Assembly: GCF_006345805.1 (NCBI RefSeq)
Contig: NC_043013.1
Location: 8,308,001-8,372,000, forward strand
Reading direction: 5' to 3'
Length of the DNA stretch: 64,000 nt
Source: Octopus sinensis
Lineage: Eukaryota
Both the position numbers and the translations under genes were made by a program. Of this stretch, positions 37,219 through 50,872 are shown in pieces. The notes beneath the pieces were generated by a model, which saw only the letters and a list, made by a program, of their open reading frames with translations, had not been told where the DNA came from and did not search any database. Positions within the stretch are counted from its first letter, which is position 1, and each line of letters opens with the position of its first letter.

Positions 37219-39042
37219 GTATGTATGTGTGGAGGCGCAATGGCCCAGTGGTTAGGGCAGCAGACTCGAGGTCGTAGTATTGCGATTTCGATTCCCAGAC
37301 TGGGCATTGTGAGTGTTTATTGAGCGAAAACACCTACAGCTCTACGAGGTACCGGCAGGGGTCAGTGGCGATCCCTGCTGTACTCTTTCACCACAACTTT
37401 CTCTCACTCTTTCTTCTGTTGGCCTGCTCGCTTAGCCAGCGGAGTCGCGTCATTTGAAGGCTTAAACAATGCAAAGTGCATTGTGACCAGCGATGTGTAA
37501 CAACATCTGATAGCCTGGTCGGTCACAGTGATCACAGTGATATATGTATGTATGTATGTATATCGAATGCAGCCCACCTGCCTTTTATGGTTCTCATTCA
37601 TGTGCTATAGATCAGCTGGTACTCATTAAAATTCTCCTAACACTGGCTTACTGTTGTCAAACTGTCCTGTTTACCTGACATTCTAGTGGTTTTACTGCTT
37701 CTTTGAACTTGCTGAAACAATATCACGTACATCCATTTTAAATTGACCTTCAGCCCTTTCTTCTGTTTTCACCTCTTAACCCCCACTTTGTCTCATCTCC
37801 CAAACCAAATTTATAAACCACAAGAAATTGAATGACGCCAGCTTTTCATAGTGTGAATCGGATGGGAAATATATATAAATAAAAGAGATGTCAACCTGCT
37901 GTGAGAAATACACAATAATGTTTCATACAATCCTTGTGTTATTTGTTCTTTATGAAAAGCTCCTCACAAAAACTGCTTGTCTCAGTTTCTCACAACATGC
38001 CAACACATGCCTCTTGTTTATATATTTCTACCTTTTCAACACTTTTCCTAATTCTTTTCTACTCTAGGCACAAGGCCCAAAATTTTTGTGGGATTAGATT
38101 GACCCCAGTACGTAACTAACAACAATGATGAATTAAAAATTCTGAGAATAAACAAACAACACAGTCTAAGCAGGCACAGAAATTGTTTACATAAATGCTT
38201 CTCGGAGAGCCTTTTCTATTTTCTCATACAGTTTAGATTGACCCTAGTACGTAACAGGTACTTAATTTATCGACCCCCCAAATGGATGAAAGGCAAAGTC
38301 AACCTCGGCGGAATTTGAACTTACAATGTAAAGACAGACAAAATACCGCTAAGCATTTCTGCCAGATTGCCACCTTTCTCTAATTAAACACCTGAGATGA
38401 GTTTATTATTAATAAATTTGAAGTGACATTGCTGTACTTAAGATGACCTGCCAACCACAACAGAATGGAGATCTTAAAAACAAGATGCCATGTAAAAAAC
38501 ATTGGTGTGGGTACCGGGACCTTGTAAAAAACGCTGGTGCTGGTGCCATCTAAGAAGTGCTGATGCCAGTACCAGCACGGGTGCTGGTGCCACAAAAAAA
38601 GGCACTGGTGCCACGTAAAGTACCTGTAAAATAGCTGGTGTTAGGAAGGGCATCCAGTTGTAGAGATGAGGCTAAAATACACAATGGAACCTGGTGCAGC
38701 TTCTGACCTTGCCAGTTCCTCTGAAACCATCCCACCCATGCCATCATGGAAAATGGACGTTAAATGCTGCTGCTGCTGATGATTTAACCTTAATTTTAGC
38801 ATAATGTTATCATCATCACCACCAACATCACTATCATCATTATTTTCAACAACAACAACAACAACAACAACAACCCCTGGACTTTACTGTCTCAAGTCCT
38901 AGGACTGATTAGGCTGGTTTACATGTTTTCCATGATACATAAGATTCCACACCATTTCCATTGAGCAGGATATTAGTCTGTATCAGGGTTACCATTTGCT
39001 GCTGAATGGGCTTCTTCAGCTGTTCATTGTAGGTTAACATTG

Positions 39043-39641
39043 ACTGTGCTTGGTCAGGAATTGTCTCCAGCAAGAACACATGTGGGCTACATGGCCTGCT
39101 AAGTGAAGCCATTTGATGCATAAGAGTTGTGATGCCTCTCATACTGTGCTTGGTCAGGAATTGTCTCCAGCAAGAACACATGTGGGCTACATGGCCTGCT
39201 AAGTGAAGCCATTTGATGCATAAGAGTTGTGATGCCTCTCATACTGTGCTTGGTCAGGAATTGTCTACAGCAAGAACACATGTGGGCCACATGGCCTGCT
39301 AAGTGAAGCCATTTGATGCATAAGAGTTGTGATGCCTCTCATACTGTGCTTGTCAGGAATTGTCTCCAGCAGAACACATGTGGGCTACATGGCCTGCTAA
39401 GTGAAGCCATTTGATGCATAAGAGTTGTGATGCCTCTCATACTGTGCTTGGTCAGGAATTGTCTCCAGCAAGAACACATGTGGGCTACATGGCCTGCTAA
39501 GTGAAGCCATTTGATGCATAAGAGTTGTGATGCCTCTCATACTGTGCTTGGTCAGGAATTGTCTCCAGCAAGAACACATGTAGGCCACATGGCCTGCTAA
39601 GTGAAGCTATTTGATGCAATAAGAGTTGTGATGCCTCTCAT
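39043..39641. repeat. Six near-identical 100-bp tandem repeats
   Basis: Unit starts at 39043, 39143, 39243, 39343, 39441, 39541. Confidence 0.95.
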
Positions 39642-40137
39642 GTGCTCTTCCATATTCTTTCTGTTGTTTCTTCTCAATGGCCAGAATTTCAAGCTTCAAC
39701 AAGTGGCAACTAAAACCATGTGAAATGGAATGTTTTGTTTGTTCAAAAAATGCAGTGCACTGCCCAGTCTAAGAATTGATCCTACAATCTTGCTATAATG
39801 AGTGCAACACACTAATCTCTAGCCCATGCACTTTCACCATCAATGCATCACTGCACATTCATTACTTTCTGATTTGTAATTGCCATGGCATACTCTTTTA
39901 CTCTTTTACTCTTTTACTCTTTTACTCTTTTACTTGTTTCAGTCATTTGACTGCGGCCATGCTGGAGCACCACCTTTAGTCGAGCAAATCGACCCTGGGA
40001 CTTATTCTTTGTAAGCCCAGTACTTATTCTATCAGTCTCTTTTGCCGAACCGCTAAGTGACGGGGACGTAAACACACCAGCATCGGTTGTCAAGCAATGC
40101 TAGGGGGACAAACACAGACACACAAACACACACACAC

Positions 40138-40173
<36 letters not shown>

Positions 40174-40647
40174 CGACAGGATTCTTTCAGTTTCCGTTTA
40201 CCAAATCCACTCACAAGGCATTGGTCGGCCCGGGGCTATAGCAGAAGACACTTGCCCAAGATGCCATGCAGTGGGACTGAACCAGCAACCATGTGGTTGG
40301 TTAGCAAGCTACTTACCACACAGCCACTCCTGCGCCTGTCTTTTTTCTGCAATATGTACTTGGTACATGGTACCAAACTCGATTCAAAATAAGAACATTA
40401 ATTTCTAAACTAAGGGCAATAAATGTGTCCCAGCTCAGATTAATTTTGGTAATACTTGTATATTATCCAGGAATAAAATACACCTGGTGGTGATAAGGGA
40501 TCAAATGTATCAAAATACAGTATACGTGTAAATCTTTTATTGTGTATCTTGTTTCAGTCATTTGACTGTGGCCAAGCTGGGGCACCCGCTTCAAAGAGTT
40601 TTTAGTCAAACAAACCAACCTTTTATTTGTTTCAGTCATTTGTGTCT

Positions 40648-41035
40648 GTGTATGTATGTATGTATGTATGTATGTATGTATGTATGTATGTATGTATGTA
40701 TGCATGCATGCATACATATGTACATTCATTCATACATGCACATACACACACATACATACATTCATGCATACATACATACATACACACATACATACATACA
40801 TACATACATAAATACATACATACATACATACATACATACGTACGTACATGCATACATACATACATACACACATACATACATACATACATAAATACATACA
40901 TACATACATACATACATACATACATACATACATACATACATACATAAATACATACATACATAAATACATACATACATACATACATACATACATACGTACG
41001 TACATGGATACATACATACATACATACTTATATGT
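40648..41035. repeat. (TATG)n/(TACA)n tetranucleotide array with a strand switch at ~40700
   Basis: TATG run then CATA run around ATGCATGCAT. Confidence 0.93.
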
Positions 41036-41315
41036 ATGACTTTGTATTTGTCCTCCCACTGCCTCTTGAACACCAGTGTTGGTTTGTTTATGTTCATGTA
41101 AATTATCAGTTCAGCAAAAATAAACTTGTAGTAAATACCCTACTGAAAAACAAATCAGTACTGGGGTTGGTCTATTCAAGTGAACCATTTGAGGTGGTGC
41201 CCCAGTATGGCCACAGTCCAGTGACTGAAAGATATTGATATAAATCTTTGTTATCCCTGTTCATAATCGCTTCCTTACTCACCTTTCCTTTTTTTTTCTC
41301 TCCTCTCTTTTACAG

Positions 41316-41404
41316 TTTGTAAATATATTGTACATGAACGCTGCGTGCAGAAGGCCCCAGCATCTTGTATTATGACCTATGTGAAATCTAAGAAATCTAT
41401 CCAG
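41316..41404 (+). CDS. DGKB: DGK exon: C1a second half (F)[29 protein letters not shown]
   Basis: Long pyrimidine tract + ACAG; CAG|GTATAT donor; C-x4-H-x2-C-x7-C. Confidence 0.95.
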
Positions 41405-41523
41405 GTATATCTTGTTTTTTATTTTTTTTTTGGTTTTTTTTTTCAAATAATTTAAACCTAATTAATGTTGCCGATGTTGTAAGAATTTATAAACTGTGAG
41501 AGAACGTGAAGTAAACCATTTAA

Positions 41524-41715
41524 CCCTCTAGCATTTGAACCAGCCATATCTGGCCAAAATATTTTATTTGTTTTATGTCGAAACTGGCTAGATCTGACCT
41601 CTCACCTCATAATTACAATGTCATTCTGAAACTAAACAATTATATCATCAAAATCTCTCAGCTACAAAATAGTGCATGATTAATTCCAAACAATATAAAT
41701 TAACAAACAGGCATA
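41524..41715 (+). mobile_element. piggyBac-type MITE, truncated by GATA/GACA microsatellite
   Basis: TTAA|CCCTCTAGCATTT start; right end not visible. Confidence 0.5.
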
Positions 41716-41781
41716 GACAGATAGATAGAAAGATAGACAGACAGATAGATAGATAGGTAGATAGACAGGTAGATTGATAGA

Positions 41782-41833
<52 letters not shown>

Positions 41834-41887
41834 TAGATAGATAGACAGACAGATATATAGACAGACAGACAGATAGATAGATAGATT

Positions 41888-41940
<53 letters not shown>

Positions 41941-42250
41941 ACAGACAGACAGACAGACAGATAGATAGATAGATAGATAGACAGATAGACAGATAGACAG
42001 ATAGATAGATAGATAGATAGATAGACAGATAGATAGACAGACAGACAGACTGACAGACAGACAGATAGACAGATAGACAGATAGACAGATAGATAGATAG
42101 ACAGACAGATAGACAGATAGACAGATAGATAGATAGATAGATAGACAGACAGATAGACAGATAGATAGACAGACAGACAGACAGACAAATAGATAGATAG
42201 ATAGACAGATAGATAGATAGACAGATAGATAGACAGACAGATAGATAGAC

Positions 42251-42285
<35 letters not shown>

Positions 42286-42425
42286 TAGATAGACAGACAG
42301 ACAGACAGATAGATAGACAGATAGACAGACAGACAGATAGATAGACAGATAGATAGACAGACAGATAGATACATAGATAGATAGATAGATAGACAGATAG
42401 ATAGACAAACAGACAGATAGATAGA
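41715..42425. repeat. ~700-bp (GATA/GACA)n microsatellite
   Basis: Direct inspection; source of the spurious LSIY ORFs. Confidence 0.97.
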
Positions 42426-43084
42426 GCTACATACATATATGTACACACACACACACACATATGATAGGCTTTTAGTTTCCATCTACCAAATCCACTCACA
42501 AGGCTTTGGCTGGAGGCACTTGCCCAAGGAGTCACACAGTGGGACTGAACCTGGAACCATGCGGTTGGGAAGCAAACTTTTTACCACACAGGAACACTTC
42601 TGAATTTTTTTCATTTTTGTTTCTCCTTTTAGGTAAAAAAAATCAACCACATTACACATTTCAATCCACCTTGCTGCAAAAAAAAAAAAAAAAAAAAAAA
42701 CTCACATGCACAAAACAAAAAAAACACACAAAAATAAAACAAACACCCCTTCTTTTATCATAGTTGAATGATTCTTCCCATGATGAAGAAAACTGCCACA
42801 ACAACTGACTCAAAAATGTCCAACATCGAGAGTCATCTTGCTCGCTTGCTTACATTTATGTAAAACATTCAAAGCTTTTCATTGGAGCAAGTTATGACAT
42901 AAATTGTTATAATTTGATAGCAATTAAATAACAAGAAAGAAATTTTTTACCGAAACCAGACAGCTGTACTTTGTCAGTTTTGCAAAATTTATCTTAGGTT
43001 CACGGCACATCGACAATTCCACAGAATAAAACCTATTTCTAGACTTTATATGTGGCTACAGACAGAAAACTCATTCTCTGCATC

Positions 43085-43680
43085 CGCTCTCTCCCTCCCT
43101 CTCTCTCTCTCCCTCTCTCTCTCTCCCTCTCTCTCTCTCTCCCCCTCTCTCTCCCTTTCTCTCTCTCCCTCTCTCTCTTAATTTGTCATGTTCTCAATCT
43201 CTTAGTTTGCCACTGACTCAAATGTCTCTGTCCCTGTCTCTCTGTCTCTCTCCCTCTCTATCTCCCTCACTCTCCCCTCTCTCTTTCCCTTCCCCTCTCT
43301 CTCCCTCTCTATCTCATTCTCCTCTCTCTTTCCCTTTCCCTCTCTCCCTCTCTCTCTTAATTTGTCATGCTCTCAATCTCTCTGTTTGCCTCTGACTCAA
43401 ATGTCTCTGTCTCTCTCTCCCTCTCTATCTCCCTCACTCACCCCTCTCTCTTTCTCTTCCCTCTCTCCCTTTCTCTCCCCTCTCTTTCCCTCCCTTCTCT
43501 TTCCCTCCCCACTCTCCCTTTCTCCCCTCTTTTCCCACCCCTCTCTCTCCCTCCCCGTGTCTTTCTGTATCCTTCCTCTTTAACCACGCTCTGTCTCCTC
43601 TTTCTTTAAGTCACTCTCTCTCTCTCTCACTTTACCACTATCTCTCTTTCTTCCTTTCTCCTCTCTCTTTCCCTCTCAAC
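43085..43680. repeat. CT-rich tract with a ~180-bp internal tandem duplication (43178 / 43357)
   Basis: TTAATTTGTCATG.TCTCAATCTC..GACTCAAATGTCTCTGTC occurs twice. Confidence 0.88.
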
Positions 43681-43777
43681 ACACCCACCACACCCTCTTC
43701 CATTATGCACAGAGTCACTTAAATAACAGCAATTACAACAAAATCGTTTTTCAATTTCTTTAATTTTTTTAAAAAAT

Positions 43778-44038
43778 AATGACAACAACGATGAGGATGA
43801 GATGATGATGACGATGATGATGGTTACAATAACAATGAGATGATGATGATGATGATGATGATGACAACGATGATGAGATGAGGATGATGGTGATGGTGAT
43901 CATTATGATGTTGCCACCACCGATGACAACGCTGCTGACAATAATGATAATGATGATGACAATAATAAGATGATGATGACAATAATAAGATGATGCTGAC
44001 AACGATGATGATGATGACGATGATGATGACAATAATAA

Positions 44039-44070
<32 letters not shown>

Positions 44071-44390
44071 CAATAATAAGATGATGCTGACAACGATGAT
44101 GATGACTGTGGTAGGGGTCATTATGATGTTGCCACCGCCAATGTCAACGCTGCTGACAATGATGATGATGATGACAATAATAAGATGATGCTGACAATGA
44201 TGATGATGATGACGATGATGATGACAATAATAAGATGATGCTGACAATGATGATGATGATGACGATGATGATGACAATAATAAGATGATGCTGACAATGA
44301 TGATGATGATGACGATGATGATGACAATAATAAGATGATGCTGACAATGATGATGATGATGACGATGACAACGATGCTGCTGCTGATGAC
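43778..44390. repeat. Cryptic (GAT/GAC/AAT) trinucleotide repeat with 50-bp higher-order period at ~44170-44370
   Basis: AATAATAAGATGATGCTGACAATGATGATGATGATGACGATGATGATGAC repeated. Confidence 0.9.
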
Positions 44391-44787
44391 TAGGATAATT
44401 ACTCGTTGTTAACAAAGAATTGAGATATATCATATTTTCTTCCTCGAACGACAAGTTTAATTGAAGGTTTCATTTCCTTGTAATCAATAATTCTACTCGT
44501 TTGCATTAAAAGGCATTTTGTTAAATTGGAAGAAAATATGGTTTGTTGCTTCTCAATAGAGATCATCTTTCAGTCTTTATTTCTTGCTTGTTTCAGTCTT
44601 TGGAGGACTGTGGCCATGCTGGGGCATCACGTTGAAGAATTTCTGTATTTATTCATTTTAAGCCTGGTACTTATTTCTTTGGTCTCATTTGCCAAACTGC
44701 TAAGTTACAGGAACATAAACCAACTAAAATACCAGTTGTCAAGGAGAGTGGGGTTACAGACACAAAGACACACACACACACACATGC

Positions 44788-44820
<33 letters not shown>

Positions 44821-46017
44821 ATAGGCTTCTTCCAGTTTCCATCTACCAAATCCATTCATGAGTCTTTGGTTGGCCCAAGTCTATAACAGAAGACATTTGC
44901 TCAAGGTGCCACGCTATGGGACTGAACCCAAAACGTTTTCTCTCACACACACACATACGTACACGAACCATTTGACAACTGATGTTGGTTTGTTTATGTT
45001 CTTGTAACTTAGCACAAAAAAAAAAAACGTCCCCTGACAAAAAAAAGGGTCTAATAGAATAAGTATAAGGCTTAAAAATAAAATAAGTGTTGGGATCAGT
45101 TTTCTTAACTAATCCCTTGAAGGCGGTACCCTACCATGTTTGAAATAAAAAAATAAAAGATAAAATAAAATAAAATAGAAGATAAAAGAACAGAAGTGAA
45201 TAGCAACATTGTGTTATTTTAAATGTGTTTAATAAACAGCCATATTGACAATATAGAACTGTTTGGTAAACATACAATAAATATGCAAATTCTATAAGTC
45301 TTTGAAGATAGGTCTGCTACAGTTCTTAAACTGATATAATAATCATCATCATCATCATCAACAGCAGCGGCAATGACATTCAATGTCTGTGTTCCATGCT
45401 GGCATGGGTTGGGCAGTTTGACTGGAGTCTTTGAGGACAGCAAGGTGCTCCAGGGTCTGCTTCGGTACAGTTTTTACAGCTGGATGCCCTCCCCACCACC
45501 ACCCACTTTTATCATGTGTCATCATCAGCAGCAGCATCAGCATCATATTTCATGTCCGTTTTCCATGCTGGCATGGGTTGGACGGTTTGACAGGAGCTGG
45601 CAAGGCCAGGGGCCCACACCAGATTCCATATTCTGTTTCTGGCTTGGTTTCTATAGCTAGATGGCCTTCCGAATACTAACCGCTTTACAGAGGACCAGTG
45701 TGACACAGAATGTGGCAAGGCTATGTGGAAACCTGTTGAGTGTGTGTGTGTGTGTGTATGTGTGTTTGTGGGTGTGTGTTTGTTCTTTTGTTGCTTGACA
45801 ACTGGTGTTGGTTTGTTTACATTCAACAAAAAAAATGATGAATAGAATAAGTATTAGAGTTTACAAAAAATACTGGGATCGATTTCTTTGACCAAACCCT
45901 TGAAGGCAGTGTCCCAGCATAGCTGGTGTAAAATGACTGAAACAGGTAAAAGATGAGAGCTAAAATGAAGTAGACAGTGACTCCTTTTCATCTCGCATGT
46001 TGTTTTCTCTTTTGCAG

Positions 46018-46128
46018 GATATGCAGCATCACTGGATAGATGGAAACTGTACCAAAAAATGTGATAAATGCAAAAAGTCTATTAAGTCCGGTATCAATGG
46101 CAAAACATGTCGATGGTGTAAAGCATCG
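46018..46128 (+). CDS. DGKB: DGK exon: C1b DMQHHWIDGNCTKKCDKCKKSIKSGINGKTCRWCKAS
   Basis: TTTGCAG acceptor, GTAAGT donor, 111 nt; matches MHHYWVEGNC..KCDKC.K..K....G..C.WC. Confidence 0.95.
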
Positions 46129-46317
46129 GTAAGTTTTTCTTAACTAACTTTGTATAATAATTATTAGCAACAGAAGCAATATTGATACTCCAAGACAGTC
46201 TTTATACTCAACTTATCATGGATGTTTTGTTACAATGGCAAATATTGTGGCATTCACCCTGAGAGGTGAATATAGACACATGGGGCATAATATAGACACA
46301 TGGTGCATGCTATAGAT

Positions 46318-46496
46318 CAGTGGTTTTCAACCAGGGTTCCGCAAGAAGTTACAAAACTGCTAAAATCGGCAGTAATTTTTAAGTCTCCTGTGCAGATATG
46401 TGTGCATAAGACTATTAAATTATTGCACAGGGGTTCCTCGAGCCAGTGGAATGTTTCCTTGGGGTTCTGCTCCAGCAAAAAGTTTGAAAAGCACTG
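46318..46496. mobile_element. hAT-type MITE
   Basis: TIRs CAGTGGTTTTCAA / TTGAAAAGCACTG; 8-bp TSD CTATAGAT / GTATAGAT. Confidence 0.85.
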
Positions 46497-49064
46497 GTAT
46501 AGATACATGGTGCATAAAAGCACACATAATTTTATTGTTAACAGATGAACTGCCAGTTCACTTGATTTCAACATACCCCGTCTCCTCAGTGACAGACATC
46601 CGCTAGCCATATACCAACCACATCTCACTGCCAACATTATATAGAATTTCAGTAACTTTATATAATTTTAAAGGTTTTGCTGTTTCTTTTCACTGGCATT
46701 GGTTGAACAGTTCTGCAAATATAGATATTTGCATAAATTGTTGGATGAAACATTTTACAGTTGGACCGCTTTACAGCTACGACAATGTTTAGTGACTCTT
46801 AACCTCTTCTTAGCTGTTGTTTAGGAATATCTCTTCATTACATCACTGTCAATCTTCTGTTTAAACTGAGGAATCTATGTTGCCATTGCTTTCTTTTTTG
46901 TGTTTTCTTTTAATTTTTTAATTGTTTTAATGTTATCTGTTGATTGCATCTCCTGACAAACGCGTCAAGTTTCAACATTTTTGCTTTCTGGTCACATGTG
47001 TGTGCAATCACACACACACACACTTGAACATTTATTAAGCACTGAGAATGGATTTGGTAGATGAGAACTGAAAGAAGCCTGTTGTATATACATGTGTGTG
47101 TGTGTGCCGCTTCATCTCAACATTATGTGATAGCTGTAAACGAGTGTCACTGTCGTACAAGTGGTGCTATTGGTTTCCAGTCTTCTATGAAAACACATCC
47201 ATTCATAAGTAAATATCACCTTACTTGGAAACATGTGAAGCTAAGTGACAAAGAAGGCATTTGGCTGTTAGAAAATCCACCTTGATGATTTCCATCTGAC
47301 CCATCCAAGTATGGAAAAGTGAATGTTAAAACAATGCTGTTGTTGTTGTTGTTGTTGTTGTGGTGGTGGTGGTGGTGGTGGCAGCAGTGGTGGCGGCAGT
47401 GGTGGTGGTCTTTAAATAAGCCATACAATAAATAACCTCTCTTGAGTAGTTATATAACATTAGAAGCAAGAATATAGTATTGATTTTTCAGTTGCACATA
47501 ATTCCAATTTAATGTTTTCTTATAGGATTTTTAAAGAACACTTTTATGCAAAAAAAAAAAAAATTACTTGGAATAATATTGCTAACATATTCAAGAAGTT
47601 AGGGGTAAATGGACATGTGCTTAGAATAATGGTACTTAAAGGGGCATTGGTTACAGTTATGTTATAGATTTTGTATACCATTGTTTCCTTTTCTAGAATG
47701 AAACTATTTCACTTTACTGTAGAATAGTTTGCAGGCACAGGAGTGGCTGTGTGGTAAGTAACTTGCTTACCAAACACATGGTTCCGGGTTCAGTCCCACT
47801 GCGTGGCACCTTGGGCAAGTGTCTTCTGCTATAGCCTCGGGCCGACCAAAGCCTTGTGATTGGATTTGGTATACAGAAACTCAAAGAGGCCCGTCATATA
47901 TATGTATATATATATATATGTGTGTGTGTATGTTTGTGTGTCTGTGTTTGTCCCCCTAGCATTGCTTGACAACCGATGCTGGTGTGTTTATGTCCCCGTC
48001 ACTTAGCAGTTTGGTAAAAGAGACCGATAGAATAAGTACTGGGATTACAAAAAATAAGTCCCGGTGTCGATTTGCTCGACTAAAGGCGATGCTCCAGTGT
48101 GGCCACAGTCAAATGACTGAAACAAGTAAAAGAGTATAGTATATGTGAAAGTTTGGCTGTGTTGTTAAGAAGCTTGCGTTGCAAGCATGTCGTTTTGAGT
48201 TCAGTCCTGCTACACAGCTTCTTGGGCGAGTGTCTTTTACTATATGGCTTTTACTAAAAGCTACTGATGCTTTTTGAGTGAATTTGGTAGATGGTAACTC
48301 AGTGAAAGATCATCATGTATATGTGCATACATAACATACAGTCTGGTCCGGGAATCGAACTCACTATCTCATGATTGTGAGCCTGACGCTCCAACCACTG
48401 AGTCATATGCTTTCATAACAGACCTAAGCTAAGTAATAAGTGACCAAGTGTTTTAGGTAAGCTTAGAAAATGAGGGCTAGAAATACTGATTTAGACAATC
48501 AACATTTGAGATTGGTTTATTGGCATTAACCATAAAGAAACGTATAGAATAAGATAAGAAATGACTCAGCAGAGAGAAGAAAATTGTAAACTAATTGATC
48601 TCTGGCTCTTTTATATATCTTTTGAAAGGAAAATCATTTTGTAGATCAAACTCATTTGACAGTGCATCAAACCATAAAACCTTTGTTCCAATTATAAAGT
48701 GTTGTCATAATCATTCCTTTTATCTGTAACTGATGCGTGACTGGGCATGCTTAGTTCATGTCACCACGAAAAAAAAAATAACAAACAAAACAAACGGAAA
48801 AAGACAAAGAAAATAAACAAAATTTAGCATTCGCTGAAATGATCATGCTGATGATGGTAATGATGGTGATGATGTTGCAAATTTTATTCACAATTTAAAA
48901 ATACTTAAAATTTTGGGGGGTCAAATTTTATTTCATCTGATGTTAAATTTGTCATATATATATATATATATATGCATGTATGTTGTGTGTAAAAATATAC
49001 ACACAAACATATGCACACACACACACACACACATATATATAATATATATTTTTATGCATGTGTA

Positions 49065-49250
49065 TGAATGAGGACAGCTGGATAAAGAAGTGCCAATCGT
49101 TGAAAGTGGATGGTACCTGTGGAAGAGGGAGACCGAGAAAGACATGGGATGAAGTGGTAAGGACTGATCCCAGGATGCTGGGCCCCACAGAGGAAATGAC
49201 AATGGACTGAGATGTCTGGTGATATGAGGTTCTTGAGAAGACCTGCCCAT
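49065..49250 (+). mobile_element. RTE-type LINE C-terminal fragment
   Basis: KKCQSLKVDGTCGRGRPRKTWDEVV...EVLEKT with stops. Confidence 0.7.
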
Positions 49251-50831
49251 ATCAATGAAACTGAGTTCTAGAAGCGCTGTATGTCCCACCCACACATGAC
49301 AAGAAAACTTCTCACACACCCTACCACAAAAAAATCCAAACTACATCTCTACATCACGGCTCTTCCTCACATTTCCACTTCATGCATTGTGCTTACCTCT
49401 CACTCTCCACTCTTGTCCTTTTGGCCCTGTCTCACTGTATCATTGCACTCTGCAAGCCCTCAACCTATGTGTTCCACCCGCATATAACACGAAAATTTCT
49501 CACTCAGCCTACCCCAACACACCAATCTACATCTCTACATCTCTTCTCTTCCTTACACCTCCTCCTTCATGCACTATGCCTACCTCTCACTTCTCAATCC
49601 TTTCCTCATGGCTGTTTCTCTGTATCATTGCTATCCAGTAGCCCCACCCCCTACACACACACTCTATATACCCAGGTTTTCACAACTCACCTCCTGCCAC
49701 TTATATTATGACCTTCAAATCTCAAGGGTATGCCCGGCACTTGCCACCATCTATATATCTCTCTCTTCCTTTACTTAACCATCCCATTTATATTCTGATC
49801 CCAGTCCCTTGTGAGTATGCCCAGCACTTTGAGACTCCTGCTGTCTCCCACTCTCACTCTCTCTCTCTCTATCTCTCCTTCTCTCTCTCTCTCTCCTCCT
49901 CTCCCTCTCTCCCTCTCTCTCACACTCTCACTCTCTCACCTTGTACCTCCTCTACTGCAAAACTCCTGTTTCTGTCTCTCTGTCTCACTATAACCTTTCA
50001 TCATTTGACACATGATCACCTCTTCCAATTCCCCCGCCCTTCTCAAACTTCCTTGTCTTGCAGGTTACTTGGCGACCCTGTCAGCACAGGTGCCACTTAA
50101 AAAGCATCCAGTTCACACTGTAAAGTGGTTGGTGTTTGGAAAGGCATCCAATTGTAGAAACAGTGCCAAAACTGACCTCACCTGAGCTTGTACCATGTAA
50201 AAAGCACTAAGTCCACTCTGCTTGGTCATTGGTGTTAGGAAGGGCATCCAGCTATAAAAACCCTGCTAAAGAGTCACAGAAGTCTGGTGCAAGCTTCTGC
50301 CTGGTCAGCTCCTGTCAAACCATCCCACCCATGCCAGCATGGGTGGTGGACATTAAACTATGATGATATATTTATATATATATATACTCTTTTACTTGTT
50401 TCACTCATTTTAACTGCAGCCATGCTGGAGCACCGCCTTTAATCAAGTAACTCGACCCCGGGACTTATTCTTTTGTAAGCCCAGTACTTATTCTATCAGT
50501 CTCTTTTGCCGATCCGCTAAGTTACGGGGACATAAACACACCAGCATTGGTTGTCAAGCAATGCTAGGGGGACAAACACAGACACACAAACACACACACA
50601 TGCATATATATATATACATATATACGACGGGCCTCATTCAGTTTCCGTCTACCAAATCCACTCACAAGGCTTTGGTTGGCCCGAGGCTATAGTAGAAAAC
50701 ACTTGCCCAAGGTGCCACGCAGTGGGACTGAACCCGGAACCATGTGGTTGGTATGCGTGCTACTTACCACACAGCCACTCCTGTGCCTATATATATATAT
50801 ATTATATTAAATTAGAGATAAAACATATATG

Positions 50832-50872
<41 letters not shown>

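Larger units (their letters stand above)
1473..46128 (+). other. DGKB: Partial gene span: type I diacylglycerol kinase (DGK-beta/DGK1-like), 8 exons visible, 5' and 3' ends outside window
   Basis: Eight GT-AG exons with compatible phases (0-1,1-1,1-0,0-0,0-0,0-1,1-0,0-0) join to 274 aa without a stop. Domain order DAGK_N, EF1, EF2, C1a, C1b is diagnostic of type I DGKs. The paralog name (alpha/beta/gamma) is by resemblance only. Confidence 0.93.

Noticed and set aside
37228-37300. tRNA-like sequences (also heads at 4002, 798, 4853)
   Set aside because: Degenerate A/B boxes continuing into SINE bodies; no complete cloverleaf
39043-39641. Regular arrays here and at 60455-61891 as possible CRISPR
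   Set aside because: No variable spacers, eukaryotic context, no cas genes
40562-42535. ORFs of 100-295 aa (YVCM, HTYI, LSIY repeats)
   Set aside because: Translations of tetranucleotide microsatellites
43769-44454. Ser/His/Ile-rich ORFs
   Set aside because: Cryptic trinucleotide repeat; no splice or domain support
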